Position numbers and translations under genes: made by a program
Notes under the pieces: generated by a model
Told to the model about the DNA's origin: nothing
What the model saw: the letters and a program-made list of their open reading frames with translations, nothing else
The model's database searches: none
Shown here: piece by piece, positions 22,308 to 36,383 of the stretch
Layout: each line of letters opens with the position of its first letter
Position numbering within the stretch: position 1 is the stretch's first letter
Source: Lepidodermella squamata
Lineage: Eukaryota; Animalia; Gastrotricha
NCBI GenBank assembly: GCA_047495785.1
Contig: JBLDXI010000032.1
Span: 4,439,782-4,503,781, forward strand
Length of the DNA stretch: 64,000 nucleotides
Direction of reading: 5' to 3'

Positions 22308-25136
22308 TTAGAAGCCGTTGTAGTACGGCGCATAGCCACGACCAGCACCGGCAACAAGGGGACCAGCGACAGCACCATTCAGGCCAACACCGTTGTTGAA
22401 GCCGCCAACAGGGCCGTAGCCGTAAGAGCCGTAGCCAGGGTAAGCATAACCTCCAGCGTCGGCGTAACCGTTTCCATAACCGGTTGCTCCTCCTTGAGCT
22501 GCGCCGGCAGCTTGCTGCTGACCGCGAGAGCCCTGGCGGAAGGCACCTTGGCCTACCAAAAGTGACGAATTATTGTCTGATATTAAATTAATGTGAGAAT
22601 CTAATTACCCTGGGCAGCTGCGCTACCCTGAGCAGCCTGAGCGCGGCCGAAGTTGGCAGCGGAGGCACGGCTGGCGGCGGCGGCTTGCGCACGAGCGTGT
22701 AATTCTTCCTCGGCGGCAAGAACGGTCTGCTCCTTGTCGTAGCCAGCAGCCTCGTGTTCACGACGACCGGAAAAACGACCTGCGCCAAACTGGGCAGCTC
22801 CTTGTTCACCAGCGGAGAACCCACCTTGAGCAGCCGACGACTGTTGACCCTGAGCCGCGGAGCCCTGAGCAGCGGCGGCAGCAGCGGCACCATTAACTTT
22901 ACCACCGGCTTGACCGGCAGCCTGGCCAGCGGCTTGGGCAGCAGCACCTTGTTGACCATTGAAGCCGTAAAAGCCTGGGGCTTGGAAACCATTCGAAGCA
23001 GCGCCGTTAGCGGCAGCATTGCCACCGAAACCCGCAGCCGCGGAACCAGCAGCCTCTGTAGAAAAAAATATGTTGTTATTGAAATAACGGTAAAAGGGTT
23101 CAGCGTCCGATATAGGCTATAGTGAGTGGAATTAAAAAGGAGCGCAAGCCAAAAGTCAAAGCGAAACCCTTATCAGAGTTTCGACACTGATTGCCTCTGA
23201 TCATTCATAAAAACTTGGGGTGCGCGAGAATGTCTAATTCTGCTCCCTATTAAACGAGCAAGAAACGCGGCCGATAGAGCACGAATCTCGAATTGATTAA
23301 AAATGCTACTAAAATGACAAGGTCAAACTCTGCAAAAACCCGAGGAAATTCCGAGCTCAAAATATGTTTGCAAAGCCTCGAACAGTTCCTTGCAATCTTC
23401 TCAGTGAATACGTCGGGGTTAATCTACATAGCCGCAGATACCGAACAGATGCGAATATAATGCGAACAGATAAATAATGTTCTTCCGCTTCTTGGTCGGG
23501 AACGGCTATGGGCTTAATGTGGTCAACTCTATTTATATTTTTCCATGAAACAAGAAATTATCTGAGCTATTAAGCGAGTTCTTCAAGCATAGATGTGATG
23601 AAATATCTGAAGACTCTTTTCTCGCCTCAATGTTTTCTGTGGTTTCCAACTCTGGTACCGAGCGTCTCCCAGCAATGCTCAAAACCCGATGCTCTCTTCA
23701 TGATACGAGCGAACCAACGGTCGACATAACGTACGTACGATGACCATTAGATGCTAATGATCGATTTGTATACAATCCCTAAAATGTGATCCGATGGCTG
23801 AATGTCTTCAAGCCATTGCGAGCAGTTAAATAAATACTTTGGGACTACTAGTCACTGGCAATAAGAAAATAGGACAGTTTCAAATCAGGAACATATTTCA
23901 GATTCCGGGCAAGTCGAGGAAATGTTATGGACCTGTTCTATAAACGACCACTGAAAACCTCGTGTCTGTAATATCGACGAGACAACGAACTAGATTGAGA
24001 TTTGATTAGATAATTGCTACTACTGAATCGATGCTTGGAATTCCCGTAAGCAGGTACATTTAATAGGCATAATGAGCAAATGTAGCGACAGTCATTATTC
24101 CCGGTGGATCCAATAAATGACTGCAAATCAGCATAATGCATCCATGACTAATATCTCTGGAAGGTGCATATCGTTAGCATCGCGCCAAAACAACGACTTT
24201 AGTATTTATCGATTTTTATGGAAAGTATATACGTTCGACCAGTAAACTTAAATTCAAATTTTGATCATTACTATCAGTGTTCAAAGAAGCCGAACGTGCT
24301 TAATCATTACGTTGAGCTCCTTGAAGTTCGATCGAATGAGTCATCAAAGTGGTTGTCTTGGCGCGTCGCTTGCGATATCTGTTCTAGTTCTGTCTTTCCT
24401 TGATAATAATTTCCTCTACGTAATTTCCCTCATAGATTAGTCCTGGCCTATTAATTGAACGTGATTAAAATCTACACGCCCTAAGCTTGACAGCGATCTA
24501 CAGGGGCGATAACAAAAACCTTGGGCAGCAAATGCTCGCTAATAATGGTTAATTTCTAAAATCTATATGAGGAGAAATTAAAACAACGATATTGTAAGTA
24601 AAAACTATGTTCACTTACGCTGGCCTTGGATGTTAGAGTTTTGACCCTGGGCGAATCCAGAGCCCTGTCCCTTCTGGAATCCACCGGCAGCCGAATTGCC
24701 ATACGAGCCAGCAGCAGCGGTCAACGAGCCAGCCTCAGCGACCTTGTCACGTACACCAAACGCCTGGTCACGGTTGTAACCGAAAAGCACTGACTGGCGG
24801 CGGTAGAACGAGCCAGCTTCAGAAGCAGCGGCTTCGCGATCACCAGCATTGCCGTATTCCTCCTCCGCGTTGCGACCGTTGCGAGCGTCGGCGTAGCCAG
24901 CACCACCTTCAGATCCCTGATCGTAGCCAGCCGATCCGTCGTAGCCCTGGCCGTAACCCTGGCCGTAATTGCCAGCATAGCCATTTGCGGCATTCCCACC
25001 GTAAGCAGGACCGTACAAGGAACCAGCTAGTATAATCAAAGACTTTAGATGTTGGAGGAAGCGGAAGGCATTGTCGACGATGGCACTTACCGGCCGCGTT
25101 CGCGATCAAAGCGCAGACAACGACTGCAGTGTACAT
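22308..25136 (-). CDS. Secreted Gly/Ala/Gln/Tyr-rich protein with a divergent core, cluster gene 10 (four coding exons, one ~1.56-kb intron)
   Basis: Signal peptide MYTAVVVCALIANAAA; exons ~25136-25091, 25027-24619, 23056-22609, 22552-22308 splice in frame at GT-AG sites; divergent core EHEAAGYDKEQTVLAAEEELHARAQAAA. Confidence 0.8.
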
Positions 25137-26826
25137 GGTTGGGGCTTTCAAGTTTTAATGTCTATGATAATACAATTTGTTCCACACAGTAATTTTTCTA
25201 CGAATAAGCCGTTGAAGATTGCTAATACTATAGTTACTACTGTAAAGTTTAACAAGCAGTTGGATTTGCGAAGCTTTGACCGCCGGACAGCGTATAGAAA
25301 GCAGAAATACCTAGGCAAGCTGCATCAGGCGCAAGTACTTTTTAAGCCTGTTTCTGCCGATGAGCATACAACGATTTGAAGAACATCCTCATTTTTCTCG
25401 AAGTGGCGCAGTTATCGGCCCCATGTAATTTTGACGAGCTTCTACGACACTATTGCACCTAGGCCAGCAGGCTGGCTAGTTTTTTCCTCAGGTATCCCGT
25501 CATGTGTCGCGTGTTTTTGTTGCGCGCACCGCTCGGCCGTCATCAATTGCCGGGCTGCGTGAATACAAAGAATTACACACGTGGCAAAGGCAACAACAAT
25601 CCCATGTTATCATCGCAATTAATGATTCATTAGCGTAAATAGCCACGGCAGCAGCAGTAATAGCAGCAGCAGCAGCGGTGACGACGACCGGCTATCAACA
25701 TATACTACTTCTTCTTCAACACGCTCTTCATTACTTCATGTCGCTGTCTTGTAGCCACAACTTGGGAGAGCGCGATGATTCTAGAAAAAAGCCGTTGTGT
25801 GTAAGCCTCTGGCTAACCAACTAAGCACGATAGGTTAAATATACATAGAATTATCGGATTATGTTATGCCCAACGCATTTATAATGGCGTGAAGCTGAAC
25901 GAAATTTCACACACCACAATTGACCGTTCACATATGTATTATAATGCGGCTGAGAGATCATATGTCTCTGCGATGACGCGGTTTCTCGTGTTATTTTTAC
26001 GGCAAACGCTAATGCTGAAAAGTATTCCTGAATCATTGAAATTTGTTAATATCGTAAAACCAAAAATCGTGAAATATTGGCAAATTTCTTTCAACAATTT
26101 TATTAGAACAATTCAACTCGACGTTATTGGGTGACCCGGTGAGCCGAATAAAATTTGGTAAACACGTGGCTGGTCGGCGAGGCAAAATTTAGCGAAGCTC
26201 CGAGTTAATTGAGGTGCCATTCCGCTGGCTAGAACTAAAGAAAAATATGCCAAATTATTAAGGAACATTATTCTCGCTCACTTCTTCCTATGTCGTCAAA
26301 CGTGAGTTTGTTCTGTTTCATCAAAGCAGTCACCCATCGTGAGCATGGCGTATTTTTGTTCGTTAAGAGCTGACTGACAGTTTCGGTATTTCGGGATGAG
26401 CCTTGATCGCATGAGGAGAACATAATTAGCGGGTTCATTAACATAGCGAGAAGCATCGCGACCAGCAGCGATGACTTGGCATTCAGCCTAATGTCCGGCA
26501 TTTTTATATAATATTGTTGTGATAAAATTAGCACTCTAATATAAAAGTGTTATAAAATCGGAGCTCAAGGGACAACAAGGGCGGGGTGTGGTTCTTGTAT
26601 TTCATCAAAAGGAAGCATTTAATGCATGCGACAATTATGGCATGCGATCTGCTGGAAAATGATTTTGAATTAAACAATTGCACGCATTTTAAGAACAGCC
26701 AAGCGCAATTCACCAGGAGAAGAGTGTAAGTGTAAGAATGCAGAGCGAAAAAGACAGTAGCAGGTAGAAACAGACAGTTTTTCGCGAAAAATTCAACCTT
26801 GAGCAGCTCGACACCAAGTTGACAAA

Positions 26827-27837
26827 CTATTTTTCGGTGAAGTGCCCCCAAAATGTCAGCGCAAAATGTCAGTTTTTCTTCCTTCTTTCTAGAATTCTCC
26901 TCCGCTTTGGGATTTTTGCTGGTTGCAGCATTATTACCCTTCAATAAAACAGTAAAATGCGTTGCTGTTTTTAAAATAGGCACTAATGCGCGCGTGTGAT
27001 ATTGCAGCTGCGGCTGACATTATTTTATTAGATCAAATCATCTTTTAAATTTCATATCCCGGTACTCTAAATAGTAAATGGTGTTTTAATCGAAACTAGT
27101 GCAAAAATGCGCCCCGAACCTTAGGCCTACACCCTAGGAAATCGGCCAATTGCCGATTTCTCGCGGGTCCGCCACGGGTCCGCCACGGGTCCGGGGCGCG
27201 TCTGTGCGCTAGTTTCATACAACAAGCGGATAAGCGTCATAACTACGAGCTAGACAAGAGTAAAACTGTGCCAAAAAAATCACAGAACCACCTCTTTGGG
27301 TGAAGCGAGGATCCCCGCGCTGTCTGTTGCAGAGGCAAAAATGCATGAAAACATCGACAACAACAAGCAATAATATAGGTCTGCGCACAAACTCGTATAA
27401 AAAATGGTTTTGTGCGAAAAAAGCAAGCGAAATAAGAGCAATGATATAAGAGCAATGACATGACGAACAAAACGAAATAAGAGCAACGAGATAAGAGCAA
27501 GATGACATAAGAGCAATTATATATATTGGATTTACACTGTGAATGTATGACTTAAGAGCAAGCGAAAAAAGAGCAGCGATATGAGAGCAAACGAAATAAG
27601 AGCATAACGAGATAAGAGCAATTTAATAAAAATAGCTATTATTGGTACATTGATATGGCAAAAAATGGCGTCAAGCACGCGATGTTGCTCATTATTTTTC
27701 ATTAGCAGCCCCAGAGCCAACCAATAAAGCGGGTTTCGCTGCCAATTCTTCGATTAAAAAACTGATTGGGCGCGTGCGAACTTATGGTAGTGGGACAAAA
27801 GCTATTTTTCGGTGAAGTGCCCCCAAAATGTCAGCGC
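26827..27837. repeat. Composite repeat: 36-bp direct repeats flanking an (ATAAGAGCAA)-cored minisatellite; probable transposon remnant
   Basis: CTATTTTTCGGTGAAGTGCCCCCAAAATGTCAGCGC at 26827-26862 and 27802-27837; about ten degenerate ATAAGAGCAA units at 27420-27622; tandem GGGTCCGCCAC at ~27165-27192. Confidence 0.65.
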
Positions 27838-28824
27838 GCAGTCGATGCGCCACTTCCGAAACGATAACCGTCCATTCAAGTGTACGATAAATCTCAGCAG
27901 TCGCGGCTTTCAGGAACACGCCTCTTGACTTCAGATTTACTATATTCGCCACCCCGCGAGTCCGCTCTGCGCTCTGTGTCACTTCCTCTACATCGGGTTC
28001 GCGACTGTGTGATGATGGCAGATAAGCCTTGTTGTTTATTCCCCGATGAGGCGAATGTTTACAACAGCTCTACAAATAATAAATACGCTAAAATTAATAT
28101 TTGATTGTAGTAGCTGATTTTTATTAAAAATTACTCATTACAAATACAAATTTTCGAATCGACCAGCAGAGAATCCTGCTGCGAAGACCCTCGATGAGCG
28201 CTAATGCATTTTAATTTCAAAAAGTCTTGCTGCCAAGATCATACACGCATGAATACTACTTTTATTGCAAGCGAAAACTCGATTATCTAATTTAATCTTA
28301 TAGAGATATTATTATGTTTTCTTTTTGTATCCATCATGCAATTCTGCTGCCTGCTGCTGCTGCCTTCTTTACTCTTTCTCTTCTCCATAAACGGATTCTT
28401 CAATTAAGAAGAACTTTAAGAATAGGTACTTTGCTACGTTAAATAGTGGATTTGCCCTCTAACCCATCCAACAGTGAGGATTCCTGTGTGACCTGGCCAT
28501 GGAAAAAATATGAATGAACAATTACAATATACATTCTTTACTCGAAAGCACCGATTCTACAGCGACTTTTCCGCTGATGAATTATAGAGTATAGAAAACT
28601 AATTGTAAAGAAGTTTCAAATATCGCGTGGCATATGATTGATCCTTTTCATCCTGCCACCAAAGGCATGACACTAATATCATGACCATGATCATAAACAG
28701 AATTGCTTTCCTCTTAAAAATATCGAAAATATTGTTTGATAAATTTTCCGTTCACACCTTGCAGCATCGAACGCGATAACTGGCGTAAAACGAATAGCAT
28801 GATCGCAGCATGAACCATTTGAGC

Positions 28825-31802
28825 TCAGTTAATATTCGCAAACGATAGCAATTGCCTGATAAAAATGAGGGCCGAGGCTTCTTTATAGGCAAAAAAGAAT
28901 AAAGTAACAGCAGGTCTCGATCCTGAAGATGTAGCTGGATGATCGGGCATTGTAGACGGTTGCTTCGCCGCCTTTGCGGATGCAACCGCGGCAGATTCGA
29001 TCAGCTCATTCGGCTTCGGTCCGAGACGCAGGATTTTAGCAGAATTGGGCAGTACCTGAAGCTCTTTCGATACATCTGCGATTTCTCGTTGCAATTTTTG
29101 TTGTAAGGCAGCCAGATCTTCGTCCGGACTAGTCACATTTGCCTTTGCGGAGCCCAGAGGCGAATCATCGTGCGGCAAATCTTGATGCGACAAATGTTCA
29201 TATCATATATGTCAAATGTCAAATTGAAGCTGATAGCCAGAGTATTGCAAATAAATTATTATAGTGACTCACGTTTATCGACGACAGATTTAAAAAAGTC
29301 GGTCGCTGCTTTTTCTGGCGGTGCCACTGATGTGATCGATGTACCTGTTGTCGCGCTCACCATGGTCGTTGAAAAGTAATTCCTACGCGAAATCGCCACA
29401 TCCTCTGACTGAGTTACGCTCGGGTCAAAATGACTCGAATCAAACTCAAAGCCAGATGGTTCCGCTTGCGATGGCGTAGTGGTATCCATAATTCGTGCGG
29501 ACACTCTCATCACGGTTGATTTAGCGTAGTTAACCTTGCCGTTATTGAAGCTGACCACGTTAGCTGAGGTCGTTGGAGAACTATTTGTATCTAAATGCTG
29601 CTCACCGTTGCGCTCAGATGATTTTGAACCCAATGATTCATTCGTAGAAATGGTCAACGATGACAGAAGGTGCGATAGCGTGAAATCGACCGTTCCCATC
29701 GAGCTGTCTGTTGTTTGTGTAGCATTTGATTCGGCGGTCAAATTTTCGACTTCGAGGTCGAGTAAGCCGTTAGGAAACATGTTCAACGTGTTTTTCTGCG
29801 ACACCACTGTAGTCGCCTCAATCGCAAGAGCTTCTGTAACCGATCGGTCGTCATATTCTCGAGCAATAATAGGAGCATCAGTTGAATCCCTTTCTTCACC
29901 AATGAACACTTGGGCTAACGTTGACGCTGTGTATCTTTCGACCATTTTCTCCGCAGATGAGGTAGAATCGCCGGTAATAGTTTCCGTTTCCGAATTTTCT
30001 GGGTATGATAACATAACATTATTAGCACAAAAACGGGTATAATACTCACCTTCCTTCAGGCTGAATTGTCCAGCTAGATAGCTGACGTTGTTTCGAAAGT
30101 GCAGGTATATGTTGTAGTCTCCCTGCAGCTCGGAAGCTTCATTCAGCTCTTCATCAAGATTTTCGAAATTGAAATCGATATTCAGGTTGAACGTGCCATT
30201 AGTCGTCGATAGCTCAGCAGCCTGGCTTACCACTTTTGACGCCCTAGCGCGATTCCAGCCAATGGCTGCTGATGTCATTGGTTCAATCGTGTAAGCAGCT
30301 TTTTCGGCACATCGTTGGCCTGCAGAGTCGATGCAGCCAACTAACGAGTCGATAATATCACAGTGAAGCTCGAGCGAATGAGCTGAATTGCGGCGTAAAT
30401 AAATAACAGGAGTCATCAAATGTTGACTTGCTTGGTCAAGCATGCTGCAGTCGCGCACCAGATCGCGTCCATTTTCAAGATAAATTTCTTTCAGCACGAT
30501 TTGATCCGTTGAAGATACGCAGCGATATGCGCGACGTGTTGTCTCGGCCGCGTTCTCGAAATCAGCTACGTCAAATGTTTCGAATGCCCCGCTTTCGTCG
30601 TTGTAACGCATCCATTCGCCACGCTCATTGCCGTGGCGGAAGTCGAGACAGGAAGTGGGAGCGGATTTGCGAGAAGGAGCCAAAGCAATGCGAAGCCGGG
30701 CAGGTCCAGAAGGCGCTGCCGGAGATATTTCGCCATTCGGTAACAGCTGGTGGCCAAGCCGAGCGCACCGCCACCACTCAGCGTTGGCATGAGCGTTTGG
30801 CCGGCACCCGAATTCGAAGCCTTTTGCCGGCGCCGGAAGGGTGAGCAAAAATGGCTGACACCCCTCGCTGCAGCGCCCTCCGTCTTTTATGCTTCTGTTC
30901 CCGGAAGCAGCGTAATAATGCGCTGCCCGCTCCAGGTCATCGCCATGACCGTAAATCTGATGATCGCTACCCTCGGATGCAATTAGCTGGACAAAACCTC
31001 GAACGATAGTAGGTGTCGGCTGATCGCCGTCGTATCCGACATCGTCAGAAAAATCATCGTCGCTACCGTGATCAGCAGATGACGCAGACTTAAGACTTGC
31101 GCAGTGCGAAGTTAAACCGGGAAAAGATTCACTAATTGTTCCATTAACATTGACATTCAAGGAAATGACTGGTAGCTCTGCGAGATCGTCGCCTGTCCAA
31201 CTTTGTAAGCGCCATACAACTGCTTTCGAAGAGGCAGGGAGCTCGTGCCGGAATACAAAGTCATTATTTCCAGCCGATGCTTCGCCATTTGGCATCTTAC
31301 AACTGACTTTAAATGCGTCTAATAGCGCCCGGCTTATTGAAAATGTTAAATGGCTGGAATCGATTAGCGACAGCTTTATTTCGCCTTGCAAAGTAGTTTC
31401 TGGTGGTATGGCAACCTATAACCGTAAGAAAAATAACAACAATAACAAAATAAGTCGATTATTAATAACGATTTAGGTATATATATAGCATCTTTACGAA
31501 TAATCAGACATCAGACTATTTCAAAAATGATCCAAAGCGCAAACCTGTATCGGAAAAGTTATCTGAATAGATAGCCCAGGTTTCAAAATGATGGCGACAG
31601 TTTTCAGCGCGCTATTGGCGTTGAGTTGAAGTGCGATTTCTGATGAAGCCCACGTTGGTTCAGGCGGCGAAGTGAGTTTTATCAGATTAATTTGGCCGTA
31701 AGCCCCAAGCAGCGCCACCTCGTCACCAATAGCCATTCCCATGGGAACCAAAAAACCGCCTAATAGCCATGTTGCGGCGAACAACCGAATACCGCTGACC
31801 AT
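28825..31802 (-). CDS. Uncharacterised secreted or cell-surface protein (~900 aa, three exons)
   Basis: Signal peptide MVSGIRLFAATWLLGGFLVPMGMA; 2.1-kb open central exon with Cys clusters and a Ser/Thr-rich stalk; coiled-coil-like segment and hydrophobic C-terminal tail; no family recognised. Confidence 0.72.
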
Positions 31803-34800
31803 TGTTACGTTTTGTTGCCGGTAGAGCAGTTTGTATGCAGCAAGGTCGATAATGGCGAGATTCCGGCGTTAAATATGGACGAAATTTGCATCGCATTGAA
31901 GCAGCTCATTTTACGCCTCGACGCGATTGCATACTGATAACGAAAGGTGAAAGTATCACGGTCGCTGCAGCAACTTCATCATATGATAGTTCAACGAATA
32001 CGTGAGAGGGAGGATAGGTGCCGCTGTTTTACGCTGATGATGCTGATGACGAGGGAGGAGGGTGGTGATGTACTGAGTAATTGATAGTATTAGGCTCCTG
32101 TGTGTAAGTCCGCTCTTCGCCTTGCGTTGAAAATGTATGAACTTCTACTTTTTCTAAATAATTGTTAAAAATATTAGGTGTCCGAAGTATAAACGTTACT
32201 TCACTAAGAATACAAAAGGAGGTAGAGATGTCTTCAAAAAATATTTTGCAAGAGCATGGGGTGGCGATCGAAAAAATTACGTTAGTAGCAAACAGACCCA
32301 CATAGTAGGCGAAGTGGCTTATTTTGTTGGCTATTAATATCATCTGCTTTGTTTTCTCTAAACAATTAAGTGGTGCCCACTGAGAGTCTCTCAGCAAGTA
32401 ACAGAGATTGAGCAAAGGGTAAATAGCAAAAGCCACGCTCTTCCTGTCTCCTCTCGCTGCCGCCACTGCAAATGGCAAGGATGAACGTGAGTTGGCGCGC
32501 GAAAGAGGTGGGCGTGCGCTGATTCGAAACCAAGCCTCCCGCGCTCGCTTTTTTCCTCACGGGCGTCGGATGCGTAGCGCGTCGGCGAAAAGAAAACACA
32601 GGCGATACTATATTAGAGCGAGATTGTTATTTCGTCGCTCGACGGCTGTATTAGTAGTAGCTGTAGTAGCGTAAAGCGTAAGCAGAGCCATTCATCGGAG
32701 CAGTAGCAAAGCAAACGAGAGCAGGCAATCTGCGCTGCTGATACAGAGTAATTCGTGTTATCATTTGTAAATAAAACTGCTGCTTTTTCAGCATCATCAT
32801 CATCGGCATCATCGACGCCATCTACTCACTACTATACACTCCGCGGCAGCATAATACGTTTAGCGGACAGAGCAATTATTTACGGAAAAGAGCCAATCTC
32901 TTTTTTAAGGTTGGCGCGCGCGCATGCCCCGATGGCCGCGGGCATTTTCTTTCTCGCGGCTCGCACTTCATGGCCCAGCTTTTGTTCACACGCTCCAACA
33001 CTAACATCAGCTGGCCGTGTTAATTTAAATTGTTTTGTCAGTTTTTGGAAATTAACGCCGAAATAATAAACATCCTGTTGCTGCATTTTCTCGCTATTTA
33101 CGCCCGGCCGACTGCATTTAATCAAAGCGCGAGCTTGCTGTCTCCCTTTAACATATAGTTGTAATAAATACATGCACCCCTTCTCTGACTCTGTTGCAGA
33201 GAAAAAACAAGGTTTCCGTTCGCGCGCTTAAAAAGCAACAATTAACAAAATAATAATAATACTTTCTAAGGCTCATCCAGATTAAACGAACGGCGCCATA
33301 AATCGCAAGTTGGCGGACGATGCGTGCACCAATGATCGCACACGCACAGCTTGATAAAAAGAAATTCGCTGGTACAAAACGTGAGGAAAAAAAGAAAAAC
33401 TGTCACTGTTGTTATAATTTACCGGTCTAGGTGTGATGATTACTAAAGTATTCCGTCAATAGGTAGGTGCAAATAATAGTACTGCAAAATGAGCGATTTC
33501 CCCGTCAGGAAATCCTACACGGCAAAAGATTAGACTCGGCACTAAAATAGTTCCCTTCAGTAGCTATACAAAAATAATGAACATAATAATGAAAAAATAA
33601 TGAACGAAAAATTCTGAGGTGCAGATGCCGTATCGTATAAGGCAATCCCGCCAATGGCCGATAGAGATATCTCAATGAGCAATCCGAAAGTCAGCCTTCA
33701 TGTTATTGAATTATAATCTATCACATGTTGAAGAGCCCGAATAGCCCTATCGATTGGTCTGCTAATAGATTAACAAAGAGTTTAAATGGACCGAGAAGGC
33801 CAGAAGACAGTTACAGTGAAAATACGCTAGCTTTTTAAAAACTCATAAAAAACATTGTTCTCGTCTCTTACTTTTTCTTCCTTTCTTCTTCTTCTTCGTC
33901 CAATATTCTTCTTCGGCCTGCTGATTATCATCTGAAACATAGCAGCATTATAAGATCGAGGTTTACGTATGGCCGTATTCGTTTTGATCAGAGATACCGA
34001 ATTATATATGCAGTCAAGTTATAAAATAATTTGATTTCTAGTCTTGAAAAATTTTCGAGAAGTAGCTGTCCTTGATCGTTACAAAGTGAAATAGTGGTAA
34101 CTAGCCTAAAATGTGGGAATCAAGAAAATCAGTTGATAGTCAGTAATAAATCAATCATTATTTTGTCCTTCTACCTTCGGCGTTATTTGTGAATAATGAA
34201 TTAATCAAAGCGCGAGTTTGCTGTATCCCTTTAACACAAGTAAACACTTCGACGTAGAGCACTTTCAACGTAAAACCGATATGATTCTTGCCCTGCGAAT
34301 TCGAAATATTGACCTGGTAATGGACGCTGTGTTGATTCGTCAATTTATTAAACGAAAAAATCCCCACTGAATCAGAACGAGAAATCACCACCAGCACACC
34401 TGATCGAAGTGCTCTCAAATCAGTAGGTCAAATTGGTATTCTTAAACCAGTCCTTGATTTCAATCCTGTCTCCCTTGAAAAAAGAAGAATATTTGGTATC
34501 CTCAAATAAATGAGATCAGGTGGCCAGTTCGCGTTATTGCTTCTTACAAAACATCATGTATGCAATAGGCCAGCAGTTGCGTGTACTTGCGGCAGTGAGT
34601 CTTTAAGGTGAACAACTTGTGCAAAAAGTGCAGCCACGATACCTACCTGTTACGGCGCGGCTGAGCATTACACGCAGGTCGTTCATCATCGCTAACATAA
34701 AGAGCCGGCTACACGAATACCAGTGGCTAATCGTATCACGGGCAAACAAGCCGGCATCCAAACTATTAATGACATTTGTTTATTGTCGGCTACGTGTTAT

Positions 34801-34966
34801 ACATCTTTGCACCCGGCAGTGACCAGCGCCCATCGCCCTTTCGGCTTGTTAAATGCAATATTAAAAGTGTGCGCGTGTGAGAGTGAACGAGGGGCCTTTT
34901 GTAAAACACTGAAATTTTGGTATATACAAAATAATCCAAATTTCTAGGCGATTTTGCTCAGTTGCA

Positions 34967-36383
34967 ATGACACGCTTTCTGGTTGGATTCATTTCAGCAG
35001 TGCTCTTTGCGGGTGCTATCGGTTAGTTGAAATAATATATATCGCCCTTCGAATCGGCAGAGATTAAACTTTTCCGAAAACGATTTATAGATGCTGAAAA
35101 TGTCGTGAAGCAGGCGATGGGTGGTCGCATGCCACAGCAGCAGCAACAACAACAGTTCCAGCCGCAGCAATTCCAACAGGTTCCCGTGCAACAGCAGCAA
35201 TTCCAACAGGCCCCGATGCAGCAGCAGCAACAGCAGCCTGTCTATTACCCGGATTTTGATGGAAGCTCGGTCGATCCTTCGATGATGCAACAGCAACAGC
35301 CCCAACAACAGCAGCAAATGTCGCCAGATCAGCAGCAGCAAATGATGATGATGCAAGACCCATCGATGCAGCAACAGAATGCCGGACCCATGGGTGGTTT
35401 CCCTGCATTCGGCTTCAACGGGGGACAGATTGGAGGTTTGGGCCAGCAGCAGCAGGGCAACGGCCTGTTTGGTAACGGTGGATTTGCGCTTGGCCTCATT
35501 CAGAACATTGCCGGTGGTCTCGGCTTTGGTGGTCAACAACAACAACAACAACAGCCGCAGCAGCAGCAAATGATGGATCCGCAGCAACAAGCATACCTCC
35601 AACAACAAGCCTACCTCCAGCAACAGCAACAACAACAGCAGGCTCAACGCCGCCCCGTCCAACAACAGCAGCCTCAGCAGCAGCAAGTTCAGCAGCTGCC
35701 CCAGGGCGCCGCCAGTATCAACCAACCCGCTCGTGTCGCTATTCAACAAAACCCTCAACAACAAGTGCAGATTATTTCCCCCGATCAACTTCAGCAGCAA
35801 CAGCCGGTGTTTGCCCCCGCGCCAGCTCCAGTTCCAGTCTCCGCTCCAGCGCCAGCTCAGGTAACCTTTCCAATTGGACACTTGTTGGTATCAAATCGTA
35901 ATAAATTTAAAACAGCCTAGCACTGCTGAGCTGATCCTGCAACAACAGCAAGCTCGTCAGCAGCAACAACTGCCCTTCCAACAGCAGCAAATCATGCCGG
36001 TCTACGTTCCCCCGAACCAGGGTGGCCGCATTCCAGCATTCGTCAATCCCAATGCTCAGATTCCGATGGCTCAAGGTCAGCAGCCTGTCATTCAGCAAGC
36101 CTCCATGCCGGTTCAATCTTTCGTCATTCCCACTGTCCAGCAGCCAGTGTCGCTGCAACAGGCGCCTCCTTCCCAGGTTCGACAAATGCAGCAGGCACAG
36201 CAGTTCCAGGAAGTTCCCGTCATGTCGCAGGCTCAGCCGCAACAAGCCGGCCCTACCCGCATGATGTGGGGACCCTCGCAGCCAGTCAACCAGCCATCGC
36301 TGCCTGTTGACGCCAACGGCAATCAGCTTCAGCTTCAGCAGCCGCCAGCTGGAACATTTCCTGGCGTCGTCGGAAAGAATTAA
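34967..36383 (+). CDS. Secreted Gln/Pro-rich low-complexity protein (~430 aa; exons 34967-35021, 35091-35860, 35916-36383)
   Basis: Spliced signal peptide MTRFLVGFISAVLFAGAIDA; GT-AG introns keep the frame; poly-Q/PQQ/MDPQ repeats; TATA-like TATATA at ~34921 and TCAGTT initiator at ~34958. Confidence 0.85.
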
